From: Actinomycetales bacterium
Lineage (GTDB): Bacteria; Actinomycetota; Actinomycetes; Nanopelagicales; Nanopelagicaceae
Direction: 5' to 3'
Assembly: GCA_018969585.1 (NCBI GenBank)
Contig: JAGWYB010000001.1
Location: 4,821-68,820 of the forward strand
Length of the DNA stretch: 64,000 nt
Below are positions 48,063 to 57,777 of the stretch, in pieces (the stretch's first letter is position 1; each line of letters begins with the position of its first letter). Made by a program: the position numbers and the translations under genes. The notes beneath the pieces are model-generated. The model saw only the letters and a program-made list of their open reading frames with translations, ran no database searches and was not told the DNA's origin.

Positions 48063-49108
48063 TTGTTGATCTTCGCTCAGATACGGTAACCCAGCCATCT
48101 CCAGCTATGAGAGAAGCCATCGCCTCAGCCAAAGTTGGGGACGATGTTTATGGCGATGATCCGACAGTTAATCTTTTGGAGGAAAAGATTGCTCATCTTT
48201 TCGGAAAAGATGCAGCTGTATTTACTCCAACGGGTTCTTTAGCAAATCAACTTGGCATAAGAACTTTGGTTAAGCCTGGCGAAGAGTTAATTTGTGAGGC
48301 AAATTCACATATAGTAAGGGCTGAATTAGGCGCAGCTGCGACCTTTAGTGGAATTACAACTAGAACATGGACAGATCCTCACGGAAAAATATCCGCAAAC
48401 CGAGCGATTGATATTGCTCGACCAAGTTCAGGTCCCTATCTCGTCTCAACGACCGCTGTTGCTGTGGAAAATACTCACAATTTTGGCGGCGGTACTATTC
48501 AAGATATTTCAGAAATAAAGGCTTTGCGAGAATGGTCGGAGCCGCTTGGAGTAAAGCTCCACTTAGATGGTGCCCGAATCTGGAACGCACATGTTTCCAG
48601 TGGAGTATCTCTCGCTGAATATGGAAGATACTTCGACACTTTAAGTGTCTGTTTATCAAAAGGCCTAGGCGCACCAATTGGCTCATTGATGATCTCCGAC
48701 AAGGAGAGAGTTGCTGAAGCAAGAGTTTGGCGCAAGCGATACGGAGGCGGAATGCGCCAGGTTGGAATCATCGCAGCTGCCGGTCTATTTGCTCTTGAAA
48801 ACAATATTTCGCGATTAGCCGAAGATCATCGTAGAGCTAAGAATCTCGCGGATGCCTGTCACGAGGTGGCTCCAAATGTTATTGATCCTGAGAGAGTGTC
48901 AACGAATATCGTTGGGCTTGAACTTCTCGGAGCTAATATCTCAGCAGCAGAATTTGTTACGCAAGCAAGAGCAGAAGGTGTTTGGATGGCTGCACTCGGG
49001 CCTACTTATGTAAGAATGGTTACGCATCTTGATGTTGATGATTCTGGAATTGAATTCGCAAAAAAAGTATTACGTGATTTACTGCAACGCGCCTTCGTGT
49101 CTAAGTAG
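48059..49108 (+). CDS. ltaE: Low-specificity L-threonine aldolase
   Basis: 349 aa with DLRSDTVT at the N-terminus and the PLP-lysine region CLSKGLGAPIGS. Confidence 0.85.
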   Translation: MIVDLRSDTVTQPSPAMREAIASAKVGDDVYGDDPTVNLLEEKIAHLFGKDAAVFTPTGSLANQLGIRTLVKPGEELICEANSHIVRAELGAAATFSGITTRTWTDPHGKISANRAIDIARPSSGPYLVSTTAVAVENTHNFGGGTIQDISEIKALREWSEPLGVKLHLDGARIWNAHVSSGVSLAEYGRYFDTLSVCLSKGLGAPIGSLMISDKERVAEARVWRKRYGGGMRQVGIIAAAGLFALENNISRLAEDHRRAKNLADACHEVAPNVIDPERVSTNIVGLELLGANISAAEFVTQARAEGVWMAALGPTYVRMVTHLDVDDSGIEFAKKVLRDLLQRAFVSK

Positions 49109-49573
49109 CCATTCCTTGGCTTTTAATCCGTACGCATAATTTCCAAGATTGCCTCCGGTCTTTACAATTCGATGACACGGCACAACTAGCGCTACAAGAT
49201 TTCTTGCGCAAGCGCTGCCAGCCGCTCGCACTGCATCAGGAGATCCGGCCTTTTTTGCCAACTCGGCATAGGAAATCAATTTTCCAGGAGAAACTTTTCG
49301 CATCGCTTTCCAGGCTGATTGCGAGAACCTCTCCCCTGGTTGCTTTACCGAAATTCCGTTCAATGCCTTTAAATCACCATCAAAATAATCATCTAGAAGG
49401 TCGGAAATAACAGAAATTCTCTTTTGAGATTGAACCGAAATTGATTGATCACGTTTATCTAGGCGCTTAATTAGTTCATCAAAACTACTAAAACCGGCAG
49501 CCAGTAGATATTGGTCGTGCGAAATTAAATGCAAACTACCGATGGGAGTCTTATAAATAGATTTGGTAAGCAC
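49079..49573 (-). CDS. ogt: Methylated-DNA--protein-cysteine methyltransferase
   Basis: 164 aa with the active-site motif VPCHRIV. Its 3-prime end overlaps ltaE by 30 nt in convergent orientation. Confidence 0.88.
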   Translation of the reverse strand: MLTKSIYKTPIGSLHLISHDQYLLAAGFSSFDELIKRLDKRDQSISVQSQKRISVISDLLDDYFDGDLKALNGISVKQPGERFSQSAWKAMRKVSPGKLISYAELAKKAGSPDAVRAAGSACARNLVALVVPCHRIVKTGGNLGNYAYGLKAKEWLLRHEGALQ

Positions 49574-49597
49574 TGCGAAGTCTTATTCCTGGATCAA

Positions 49598-50941
49598 CTA
49601 TCTTTTTCCGTCTCGCAGCATTTCTGCTACCAAGAAAGCTAGTTCCAGCGACTGAGTATGATTGAGTCGCGGATCGCATGCAGACTCATAACGCGTCGCT
49701 AGATCTTCATGTGAAATATCCATTCCACCGCCAACACATTCCGTTACATCATCACCAGTTAGCTCTACATGAATTCCGCCTGGATGCGTGCCGAGTTTAT
49801 GATGAACTTCAAAGAATCCTTTCACCTCGTTCATCACGTCATCAAAACTTCGAGTTTTGTAACCCGTTGGCGCTTCATATGTATTTCCATGCATGGGATC
49901 GCATACCCAAAGGACAGTTCTTCCACTTTTCTTTACGGACTCAACAATTGGGGGCAGGGCAGTTCGAATGTTCTTGGCTCCCATTCGAATTATAAAGGTT
50001 AATCTCCCGGGTTCTTCCTCAGGATTCAAAGTTTCGATAAGGGCCAATGCATCAGCTGGGGAAGTTTTTGGCCCAATCTTTACCCCAATTGGATTTCGTA
50101 TTTTCTTTGCAAAATCAATATGCGCACCATCAAGTTGTCTTGTGCGCTCTCCAATCCAAAGAAAGTGGGCTGAGACATCGTATGGTTGGTCGGATCTTGA
50201 ATCTATGCGAGTTAGCGCCTTTTCGTACTCAAGAATTAAGGCTTCATGTGACGAATAAAAATCAACTGTTTTGAATTCTTCCGGATTAACTCCCGCCGAT
50301 TTCATGAACTCAAGAGCGCGTCCTATTTCTTTGGCAAGCGCCTCATATCTAGAGCCAATTTCCGAATCTCTGACGAATCCCTTGTTCCATTCATGAACCA
50401 GCCTTAAATCTGCGAAACCACCTTGAGTAAATGCCCGCACTAAATTTAAAGTCGCTGAGGAGGTGTGATAAACCTTAAGTAATCGAGAAGGATCGGGAGT
50501 CCTTGATTCTTTTGTGAATTTCAGGTCGTTAACAGCATCCCCTCGATACGCAGGTAACTCAATTTCGCCACGTTTTTCGGTGTCATTACTTCGTGGTTTC
50601 GCAAACTGACCTGCCATTCGACCAACCTTGATTACAGGCATACTTGCTCCATACTGAAGCACCGCGGCCATCTGAAGTATCGTCTTTATTCGATTTCTGA
50701 TTGAGTCAGCAGTAGCCGCAGCAAATGTTTCAGCGCAGTCGCCACCTTGCAACCAAAACGCCGCTCCCGAAGCTGCTTGCGCAATTTTGCTCTTTAAGTT
50801 GTCACATTCGCCAGCAAATACGAGTGGCGGCAATGTTCTAAGTTCAGTAACTACTTGAGCCAATTTCTCACGATCTGGCCACGCAGGTTGTTGCGCGATA
50901 GCAAGAGAGTTATTAAAGAGACTCTCCACTGAATTACTCAT
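49598..50941 (-). CDS. aroG: Class II 3-deoxy-7-phosphoheptulonate (DAHP) synthase
   Basis: 447 aa, the length expected for the class II (plant/actinobacterial) enzymes, with motifs GDCAE, KPRS and DPMHGNT. Confidence 0.88.
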   Translation of the reverse strand: MSNSVESLFNNSLAIAQQPAWPDREKLAQVVTELRTLPPLVFAGECDNLKSKIAQAASGAAFWLQGGDCAETFAAATADSIRNRIKTILQMAAVLQYGASMPVIKVGRMAGQFAKPRSNDTEKRGEIELPAYRGDAVNDLKFTKESRTPDPSRLLKVYHTSSATLNLVRAFTQGGFADLRLVHEWNKGFVRDSEIGSRYEALAKEIGRALEFMKSAGVNPEEFKTVDFYSSHEALILEYEKALTRIDSRSDQPYDVSAHFLWIGERTRQLDGAHIDFAKKIRNPIGVKIGPKTSPADALALIETLNPEEEPGRLTFIIRMGAKNIRTALPPIVESVKKSGRTVLWVCDPMHGNTYEAPTGYKTRSFDDVMNEVKGFFEVHHKLGTHPGGIHVELTGDDVTECVGGGMDISHEDLATRYESACDPRLNHTQSLELAFLVAEMLRDGKR

Positions 50942-50982
50942 GGCGCAAGAGTAGAGAGGTTTGAGGGGCTCTCGCTACGGAA

Positions 50983-52008
50983 TTACCCAAAGAAGACTTC
51001 GGCTTCTGCGAGCAGGCTTGGATCTACAGTCTTGAGCTTTTCAGTTGCAGATGCCAACGGCACTCTTTCAATTTTCGTGCCGTGAAGAGCAACCATCTTG
51101 CCCCAATCTCCTTCATGAGCCGCGGTTATCGCGTGGATTCCAAATCGAGTGGCTAAAACTCGATCAAAAGCAGTTGGAGTTCCACCTCTCTGGATATGTC
51201 CCAAGATTGAGGTTCTGGCTTCCGTGCCAGTCCTAGATTCAATTTCTTTAGCAAGCCATTCTCCAATTCCGGAGAGCTTTACATGTCCAAACGAATCAAG
51301 AGTTCCGTCTTTGGTGACTATGGTTCCATCTTTAGGTAAAGCTCCTTCGGCAACGACGATTATCGGAGCATAGGATTGTTCAAATCTAGATTCAACGTAC
51401 TTGCAAACTTTTTCAATATCAAATGGGACTTCCGGAATTAAAATGCAAGAAGCGCCTCCTGCCATTCCGGAATGCAGTGCAATCCAACCGGCATGTCTTC
51501 CCATTACCTCAACAATTAGAGCGCGATGATGTGATTCGGCTGTTGTGTGTAATCTATCTATAGCTTCAACAGCAATATTAACGGCGGTATCGAAACCAAA
51601 TGTGTAATCTGTGTTGTTTAAATCATTATCGATAGTTTTTGGTACACCAATCACTTTGACTCCAAGAGCATCTAATTTCGTGGCAACGCCCAACGTATCT
51701 TCTCCTCCGATAGCAATAAGTGCATCCACATTCATCTTCGCTAAATTCTCTTTTATCCGCTCCACTCCGTTTTCAATTTTGAATGGATTTGTGCGGGATG
51801 AGCCAAGAATTGTGCCGCCTCTTGGGAGAATTCCGCGGGTTGCCTTGATGTTGAGGGGCATAGTTAATCCTTCAAGAGGGCCCTTCCATCCATCCCTAAA
51901 ACCAATGAACTCGTATCCGTACTCTTTTTCACCTTTACGAACTACGGCTCTGATAACAGCATTAAGACCAGGGCAATCTCCACCGCCAGTAAGGACACCA
52001 AATCGCAT
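50983..52008 (-). CDS. pfkA: 6-phosphofructokinase (actinobacterial type; phosphoryl donor uncertain)
   Basis: 341 aa with GGGDCPGLNAVIR, GGEDTLG and PKTIDNDL motifs. Confidence 0.88.
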   Translation of the reverse strand: MRFGVLTGGGDCPGLNAVIRAVVRKGEKEYGYEFIGFRDGWKGPLEGLTMPLNIKATRGILPRGGTILGSSRTNPFKIENGVERIKENLAKMNVDALIAIGGEDTLGVATKLDALGVKVIGVPKTIDNDLNNTDYTFGFDTAVNIAVEAIDRLHTTAESHHRALIVEVMGRHAGWIALHSGMAGGASCILIPEVPFDIEKVCKYVESRFEQSYAPIIVVAEGALPKDGTIVTKDGTLDSFGHVKLSGIGEWLAKEIESRTGTEARTSILGHIQRGGTPTAFDRVLATRFGIHAITAAHEGDWGKMVALHGTKIERVPLASATEKLKTVDPSLLAEAEVFFG

Positions 52009-52082
52009 TAGATTTCTCCGACTCTTGAGCTTGTGATCATCATCGATCCAGCACGCAATTCTAGCAAGGTCGGACTACTCTT

Positions 52083-53579
52083 TTGGCGATGGCCAAGACT
52101 CTCGTTTATGTAGCGCACGACAATTTGAATCGAAATAAGGGCGCATTAGCAGGCGCACGACCAGAAACCCACGCAATTGTATTTGTAGAAAGCCAGCGCG
52201 TGCTTAATGGGGCGAGGTGGAATCGGCAACGCCTATTCTTTCTATTATCTGCCGCACGACATTTTGCCGAAGAACTCAAAGATGAAGGTTTTGAAGTCAC
52301 TTACTTGAAAGACAAGGACACTGCATCTGGAATTCAAAGTATCTCGAAAAATTACGAAGAAGTTATCTCAGTAGAGCCATCTTCATACAGGCTGTCGAAA
52401 TCACTCTCTGATATTGGAGTCCGATTTATCCCTAATGATTTTTTCTTGACTCCCCGAGCACTTTTTGAGCAATGGTCAAAAAGTCAGAAAAGCTTGAAAA
52501 TGGAGAATTTTTATCGCTGGCAGAGACAGAGACTTGGCATTCTGATTTCGAATGGAGAGCCCGTAGGGGGAAGATGGAATTACGATGATGAAAACCGGGA
52601 GCCGCCCCCAAAATCAGAATACCGCTGGCCCACTTATCCAAGTCACGAGAGAGACAGTATTGATGAAGAAGTGATCTCTGAATTAAGCAATTTGAATCTT
52701 AGTGGGGCTCTCGATGAGGCCGTGTGGGGCACTTCAAGAAAGGCTGCTTTAGCTCAACTGAAAAGTTTTCTTAAAAAATCATTTAAAGATTTTGGCCCGT
52801 TTGAAGATGCGATGACGGTCAAATCTTGGTCTTTACATCACTCTCTCCTAAGTCCTTATCTTAATAATGGACTCTTAACTCCTGATGAAGTCATCCGCGA
52901 AGCTCTAAAAGAGTTTGATAAAGGGAATATTCCACTGGCATCTTGCGAGGGATTTATTAGACAGATAATAGGTTGGCGAGAGTACATAAACGGTCTTTAC
53001 TGGATTTTTGGCGAAAATTATCGAGAAAGTAACTTCCTTGAATCAAAAAATCCACTTCTGCCACTATTCGAAAATTCTCAATCGACAAAGATGAAATGTG
53101 TTTCCGAGACAATTTCGGGGGTAGAAAAGCGCGGATGGGTACATCACATTCCTCGATTGATGATTTTAAGTAATCTCGCAGCACTCTGCGATGTATCGCC
53201 TGTTGAATTGTTAGTGTGGATGAGAAATAATTTTATTGATGCTGCTGATTGGGTAATGGTTCCAAATGTAATTGGGATGAGCATGCATGCAGACGGTGGC
53301 AGAATGTCGACGAAGCCCTACATTGCTGGTGGAGCCTATATCTCACGTATGTCCGACTACTGTGGAGATTGCGCATACAATCCGAAAACTAGAATTGAGG
53401 ATGATTCTTGCCCGTTTACAACGCTTTACTGGCACTATCTGCACAGAAATCGCGATCGATTTAAAAAGAACCACCGTATGTTTCAGCAGTTGAATGGAAT
53501 GAAGAAATTGAAAGATATTGATGAGACCATTAAGCGAGGCGATTTTCTAATTGAAGGGCTACTTGCTGGGGAAATTTAG
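52083..53579 (+). CDS. Cryptochrome/photolyase-family protein of the Fe-S (FeS-BCP, (6-4) photolyase-like) class
   Basis: 498 aa. The N-terminus has the photolyase-related (COG3046-like) organisation. The C-terminal half carries four Cys spaced C-x87-C-x2-C-x12-C (KCVSE ... [18 protein letters not shown]). Confidence 0.75.
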   Translation: MAMAKTLVYVAHDNLNRNKGALAGARPETHAIVFVESQRVLNGARWNRQRLFFLLSAARHFAEELKDEGFEVTYLKDKDTASGIQSISKNYEEVISVEPSSYRLSKSLSDIGVRFIPNDFFLTPRALFEQWSKSQKSLKMENFYRWQRQRLGILISNGEPVGGRWNYDDENREPPPKSEYRWPTYPSHERDSIDEEVISELSNLNLSGALDEAVWGTSRKAALAQLKSFLKKSFKDFGPFEDAMTVKSWSLHHSLLSPYLNNGLLTPDEVIREALKEFDKGNIPLASCEGFIRQIIGWREYINGLYWIFGENYRESNFLESKNPLLPLFENSQSTKMKCVSETISGVEKRGWVHHIPRLMILSNLAALCDVSPVELLVWMRNNFIDAADWVMVPNVIGMSMHADGGRMSTKPYIAGGAYISRMSDYCGDCAYNPKTRIEDDSCPFTTLYWHYLHRNRDRFKKNHRMFQQLNGMKKLKDIDETIKRGDFLIEGLLAGEI

Positions 53580-54799
53580 GGAGTTACTACTTCTCCTTTA
53601 CCAACAACAATAATTCCGCCCTCAGAAACTGTAAATCGCTCTCTATCTCTCTCAACGTCAAAACCAATTTCGGCCCCAGGTTCAATAATCACGTTCTTAT
53701 CCAAAATAGCGCTTTTAACTTTAGCTTTTTCGCCAATTCGAACAGATGGCATCAAAACAGATCCCTCTATAACTGCATCTTTTCCAACTAGAACATCATA
53801 CGAAGCAACTGTATTACTCAAGACTCCACCAGCAATAATTGATCCAGCTCCAACTATCGAATCAAATGCCCGTCCATTCTCTGAAAATTTTGCCGGAGGC
53901 AAAGAGGGCGGATTGGTGAGAATTGGCCAATTTCTGTTGTATAAATTAAATATCGGATGGACTGATACGAGATCCATATGAGCCTCATAGTACGAATCAA
54001 TAGTTCCTACATCACGCCAATACCCTTTATCACGAGCCGTCTCGCCAGGCACAATATTGTTGGCGAAATCGTAAGCCTTTGCTACCCCATCTTTGGTCAT
54101 CATCGGAATTATGTTGGAACCTAAATCATGTCTACTTTCGATATTTTGCGAATCATCAATTAATGCACTCTCAAGTGCGTCTCGGCGAAAAATATAATTT
54201 CCCATTGATACTAGTGACCAATCCGGGTTTCCCGGCATTCCCGGCGGATTCGCCGGTTTTTCGTGAAAAGCTTTTATAGTCATTCCATCTTCTGCTAATT
54301 CAATAACGCCAAAATCGCTAGCCGATTTCCGTGGCACTCTAATCGCAGCAACGGTAACGCCAGCGCCAGTTTGTAAATGCTGTTGATACATCTGATCCGG
54401 GTTCATTCGATATACGTGGTCTGCACCAAAAACTAGAATATGTTTTGGATTTTCATCTTGAATTAGATTGAAGTTTTGAAGGATTGCATCAGCGCTGCCC
54501 GTGTACCATCTTGGACCTAACCTCTGTTGTGCTGGAACAGGTGTGATGTAGTTTCCTAGAAGTGTGGACATTCGCCAAGTTGTTGTGATGTGTCTATCTA
54601 ATGAATGTGACTTGTATTGAGTTAGAACCGCGATACGAAGGAAGCCCGCATTAACAAGATTGGAGAGGACAAAATCTACTAATCTATAAGCCCCGCCAAA
54701 TGGAACCGCAGGTTTTGCTCGGTCGGCGGTCAAAGGCATTAATCGTTTTCCTTCACCACCCGCAAGAACTATGCCGAGTGGAAGATCAAGCCGCGCCAT
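53576..54799 (-). CDS. glgC: Glucose-1-phosphate adenylyltransferase
   Basis: It carries [16 protein letters not shown] and KPAVPFGG motifs. I place the start at the internal ATG 54799 ([15 protein letters not shown]...). The 23 extra N-terminal residues of the longest ORF would run into glgA. Confidence 0.9.
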   Translation of the reverse strand: MARLDLPLGIVLAGGEGKRLMPLTADRAKPAVPFGGAYRLVDFVLSNLVNAGFLRIAVLTQYKSHSLDRHITTTWRMSTLLGNYITPVPAQQRLGPRWYTGSADAILQNFNLIQDENPKHILVFGADHVYRMNPDQMYQQHLQTGAGVTVAAIRVPRKSASDFGVIELAEDGMTIKAFHEKPANPPGMPGNPDWSLVSMGNYIFRRDALESALIDDSQNIESRHDLGSNIIPMMTKDGVAKAYDFANNIVPGETARDKGYWRDVGTIDSYYEAHMDLVSVHPIFNLYNRNWPILTNPPSLPPAKFSENGRAFDSIVGAGSIIAGGVLSNTVASYDVLVGKDAVIEGSVLMPSVRIGEKAKVKSAILDKNVIIEPGAEIGFDVERDRERFTVSEGGIIVVGKGEVVTP

Positions 54800-54821
54800 G
54801 GCTGAACGATACTCTTGGCAT

Positions 54822-55991
54822 ATGCCGCTGGATAGCCAATCGAAATTAAATATCGCGATTGTGACCAAGGAATGGCCTCCTGAAATTTATGGAGGAGCCG
54901 GAGTGCATGTCATTAATCTGGTCGAGTCACTCAAAAAGTTTTCAGATACCAAGGTCCGTGTTCACTGCTTTGGTTCAGAGCGCACAGATGCCAGCGCATA
55001 TCAACTCTCTCCTGCCTTAGAGAATCTCAATAGCGCTATGAAAACTTTGCTACTTGATATGGATATTGCTGAAAAATTGGCAAATGTTGATCTAGTTCAT
55101 TCCCATACCTGGTATGCAAATTTCACCGGATTTCTCGCTGCTAAAATTTTTGAAATACCCCACGTTATTACCTCGCATTCCCTCGAACCGCTCCGACCAT
55201 GGAAGGCAGACCAGCTTGGAGGTGGATATTCAATTTCAAGTTGGATTGAGCAAATTTCATATGAACATGCCGAAAGGATTATTGCGGTTAGCGATGCAGT
55301 CCGTGCTGATATTTTGAAGGTTTACCCAAAGATTTCTCAAGAACGAATTGTCACAATTCGAAACGGAATAGATACCGACGTTTTCAGACCAATTAGAAAT
55401 AATGAAATTATCAATCTACATAACATTAAGGATAAATTTGCAATGTTTGTCGGGCGAATAACTCGCCAGAAAGGTCTTATTCATCTGCTTCGGAGTTGGA
55501 AGAATATCCCTAAAGAATTCGGATTAGTGATTGCAGCAACAAACGCTGATGAGCCTCAGATCTTCGAAGAGGTTCAAGAACTAATCATTGAACTTCAGAA
55601 AGAGCGAGAGAATGTAATCTGGATTAGAGAAAAGTTGCCACAAAAGGACTTGATTGCTCTTCTTACTCATGCAGAACTCTTCGTATGTCCATCTGTATAT
55701 GAACCGCTGGGAATAGTAAATCTCGAAGCGATGGCATGCGAGACCGCTGTTGTGGCAACCGCGGTCGGCGGCATTCCAGAAGTAGTTACTGACGGTTTAA
55801 CAGGAATCTTGATAAATCAATCGAACTCGGATGAAGAATTTGAACGATCCCTAAGCGCTGGAATCCTAAAAATTATGAGTGACTCAAGTCTCGCGGAAAG
55901 CTTAGGCAAGAATGGAAGAATTCGTGCGGTTTCTGAATTCAGTTGGGATAAGGTAGCAGCACAAACAATTGACTTATATCGGAGTATTTGA
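54822..55991 (+). CDS. glgA: Glycogen synthase (GT4, actinobacterial GlgA type)
   Basis: It carries [10 protein letters not shown] and [16 protein letters not shown] motifs. I place the start at ATG 54822 ([17 protein letters not shown]...). Alternative in-frame ATGs occur at 54798 and 54771. Confidence 0.85.
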   Translation: MPLDSQSKLNIAIVTKEWPPEIYGGAGVHVINLVESLKKFSDTKVRVHCFGSERTDASAYQLSPALENLNSAMKTLLLDMDIAEKLANVDLVHSHTWYANFTGFLAAKIFEIPHVITSHSLEPLRPWKADQLGGGYSISSWIEQISYEHAERIIAVSDAVRADILKVYPKISQERIVTIRNGIDTDVFRPIRNNEIINLHNIKDKFAMFVGRITRQKGLIHLLRSWKNIPKEFGLVIAATNADEPQIFEEVQELIIELQKERENVIWIREKLPQKDLIALLTHAELFVCPSVYEPLGIVNLEAMACETAVVATAVGGIPEVVTDGLTGILINQSNSDEEFERSLSAGILKIMSDSSLAESLGKNGRIRAVSEFSWDKVAAQTIDLYRSI

Positions 55992-56869
55992 TGTCGCGTC
56001 GCGGTTGGCTTCTATTCTCGCTTGTCGGGGTACTTTGGGGTGTTCCCTATCTGTTTATGAAGGTGGCAGTAGAAGAACTATCCATCGCAGTAATTGTTTT
56101 TGGGCGATTAGCCATAGGGGCAGCGCTTCTTATTCCGATCTCGATCCATCAAGGCGCTTTTCGGAATATCCGGCCTCATATGAAATATATTCTCTTTTAC
56201 GCAATTTTAGAGATGGTTATTCCATGGACTCTGATCACAAATGCCCAAAGAGACTTGTCATCCGGAGTTGTTGCGCTACTTGTAGCCACCGTTCCGATTT
56301 GGGCTACGTTATTTGCCCATCACACCGGTGACTCCACTGCTGCTCATCGAATAAGAATCGTTGGAATAGCAATTGGCTTAGTGGGAATAGTATTAATCGT
56401 CGGAATAGAGAGCGTTTCTGATTTCAGCAACGCCTGGGCACTTCTACAAGTTCTAATTGCCGCAGCAGCATATGCGTGGGCAACAAACATGATATCTCGA
56501 AAAGTAACTGATGTGCCAGGTGTAGCAATCAATGGCATCGCAATGACTATTGCCGCCTTTCTATTCGCGCCATTTGCTTTAATAAATGCTCCAGATATTG
56601 CTCCATCGTTAAACGCAATCATGGCAACCGTTGGACTCGGAGTTCTCAGTAGCGGAATTGCATTCTGGGTATTCTTCATCGTGCTAGACGAAATTGGTCC
56701 AGCTAGAGCATCTTTAGTTGTATATCCAAATACGGCAGTTGCGGTCTTACTGGGTGTCGTTTTATTGAATGAGCCAATCACGCTAGCGATTTTGATTGGC
56801 TTACCCCTTGTTTTAATTGGCTCCTTCTTCGCAAGTAGAAAACCTAAGAGCGCTACATTCGCATCTTAG
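55988..56869 (+). CDS. EamA/DMT family transporter
   Basis: 293 aa with ten TM helices. An ATGA overlap couples it to glgA. Confidence 0.75.
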   Translation: MMSRRGWLLFSLVGVLWGVPYLFMKVAVEELSIAVIVFGRLAIGAALLIPISIHQGAFRNIRPHMKYILFYAILEMVIPWTLITNAQRDLSSGVVALLVATVPIWATLFAHHTGDSTAAHRIRIVGIAIGLVGIVLIVGIESVSDFSNAWALLQVLIAAAAYAWATNMISRKVTDVPGVAINGIAMTIAAFLFAPFALINAPDIAPSLNAIMATVGLGVLSSGIAFWVFFIVLDEIGPARASLVVYPNTAVAVLLGVVLLNEPITLAILIGLPLVLIGSFFASRKPKSATFAS

Positions 56870-57777
56870 TTTTGAATAAACCCTAGTTTCTGGAGCGCCT
56901 TCGAATCTTTTTGCCAATTTTCAATAACTTTTACGTGAAGCGATAGGAATACCTTTTTGTCGAGAAATTTCTCAATTTCGATTCGAGCGTTTGTTCCAAT
57001 CTCCTTGAGATTAGAGCCACCTTTACCAATTAAAATCGCTTTTTGGCTATCTCTTTCAACGATGATTGAGGCGTGGATATCAGTCAGATTCTTATCGGTT
57101 CTTTCACTTAGATCGTCAACTTCTACCGCCACAGAATGAGGAACTTCTTCTCTAAGGTTTGCGATGGCTGATTCCCTAATGAGTTCAGCTATCGAAATCA
57201 ATTTATCTTGATCTGAAAACATATCTGATGGATAGAACGCAGGACCAGTTTCAGCATGCTTAACAAGAAGATCAATTAGTAGTTGGATCTGTTCGTCAGT
57301 GAACGCAGATACTGGGACAATCTCGTCCCACGAAAACCCCGCTTTTTCGGCTAACTCTTGGGCGACAACTAATTGCTTTGCGAGATCTTGTTTGTTAACC
57401 ATATCCACCATGGTTATCGCGCAGATCCTCTTAATCGAACGCTGTGCTGCTATCTGTCGCGCGATGTAAAGGTCTCCCGAGCCAATCGTCTCAATTGCTG
57501 GTAGACATTGAACAACGATATCGACATCTTTGATGCTGCTATCAACCACCTGATTTAGAGTTGTTCCCAACGATGTCTTAGCTTTATGAAGTCCAGGAGT
57601 GTCTATAAAAATAAGTTGGTAATCCTTATCCGTGAGGATTCCTCTTATAGCTAATCGTGTTGTGTTGGGATGATGAGACGTGATGGATATCTTCTTACCG
57701 ACCAAGGTATTTAAAAGTGTTGACTTTCCCGTATTGGGGCGACCCACGATTGAAATGAAAGCTGATTTATGAGGCAT
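56866..57777 (-). CDS. era: GTPase Era
   Basis: 303 aa with G1 (GRPNTGKST), G3 (DTPG) and a C-terminal KH domain (KGGSNLKEIG). Confidence 0.92.
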   Translation of the reverse strand: MPHKSAFISIVGRPNTGKSTLLNTLVGKKISITSHHPNTTRLAIRGILTDKDYQLIFIDTPGLHKAKTSLGTTLNQVVDSSIKDVDIVVQCLPAIETIGSGDLYIARQIAAQRSIKRICAITMVDMVNKQDLAKQLVVAQELAEKAGFSWDEIVPVSAFTDEQIQLLIDLLVKHAETGPAFYPSDMFSDQDKLISIAELIRESAIANLREEVPHSVAVEVDDLSERTDKNLTDIHASIIVERDSQKAILIGKGGSNLKEIGTNARIEIEKFLDKKVFLSLHVKVIENWQKDSKALQKLGFIQN

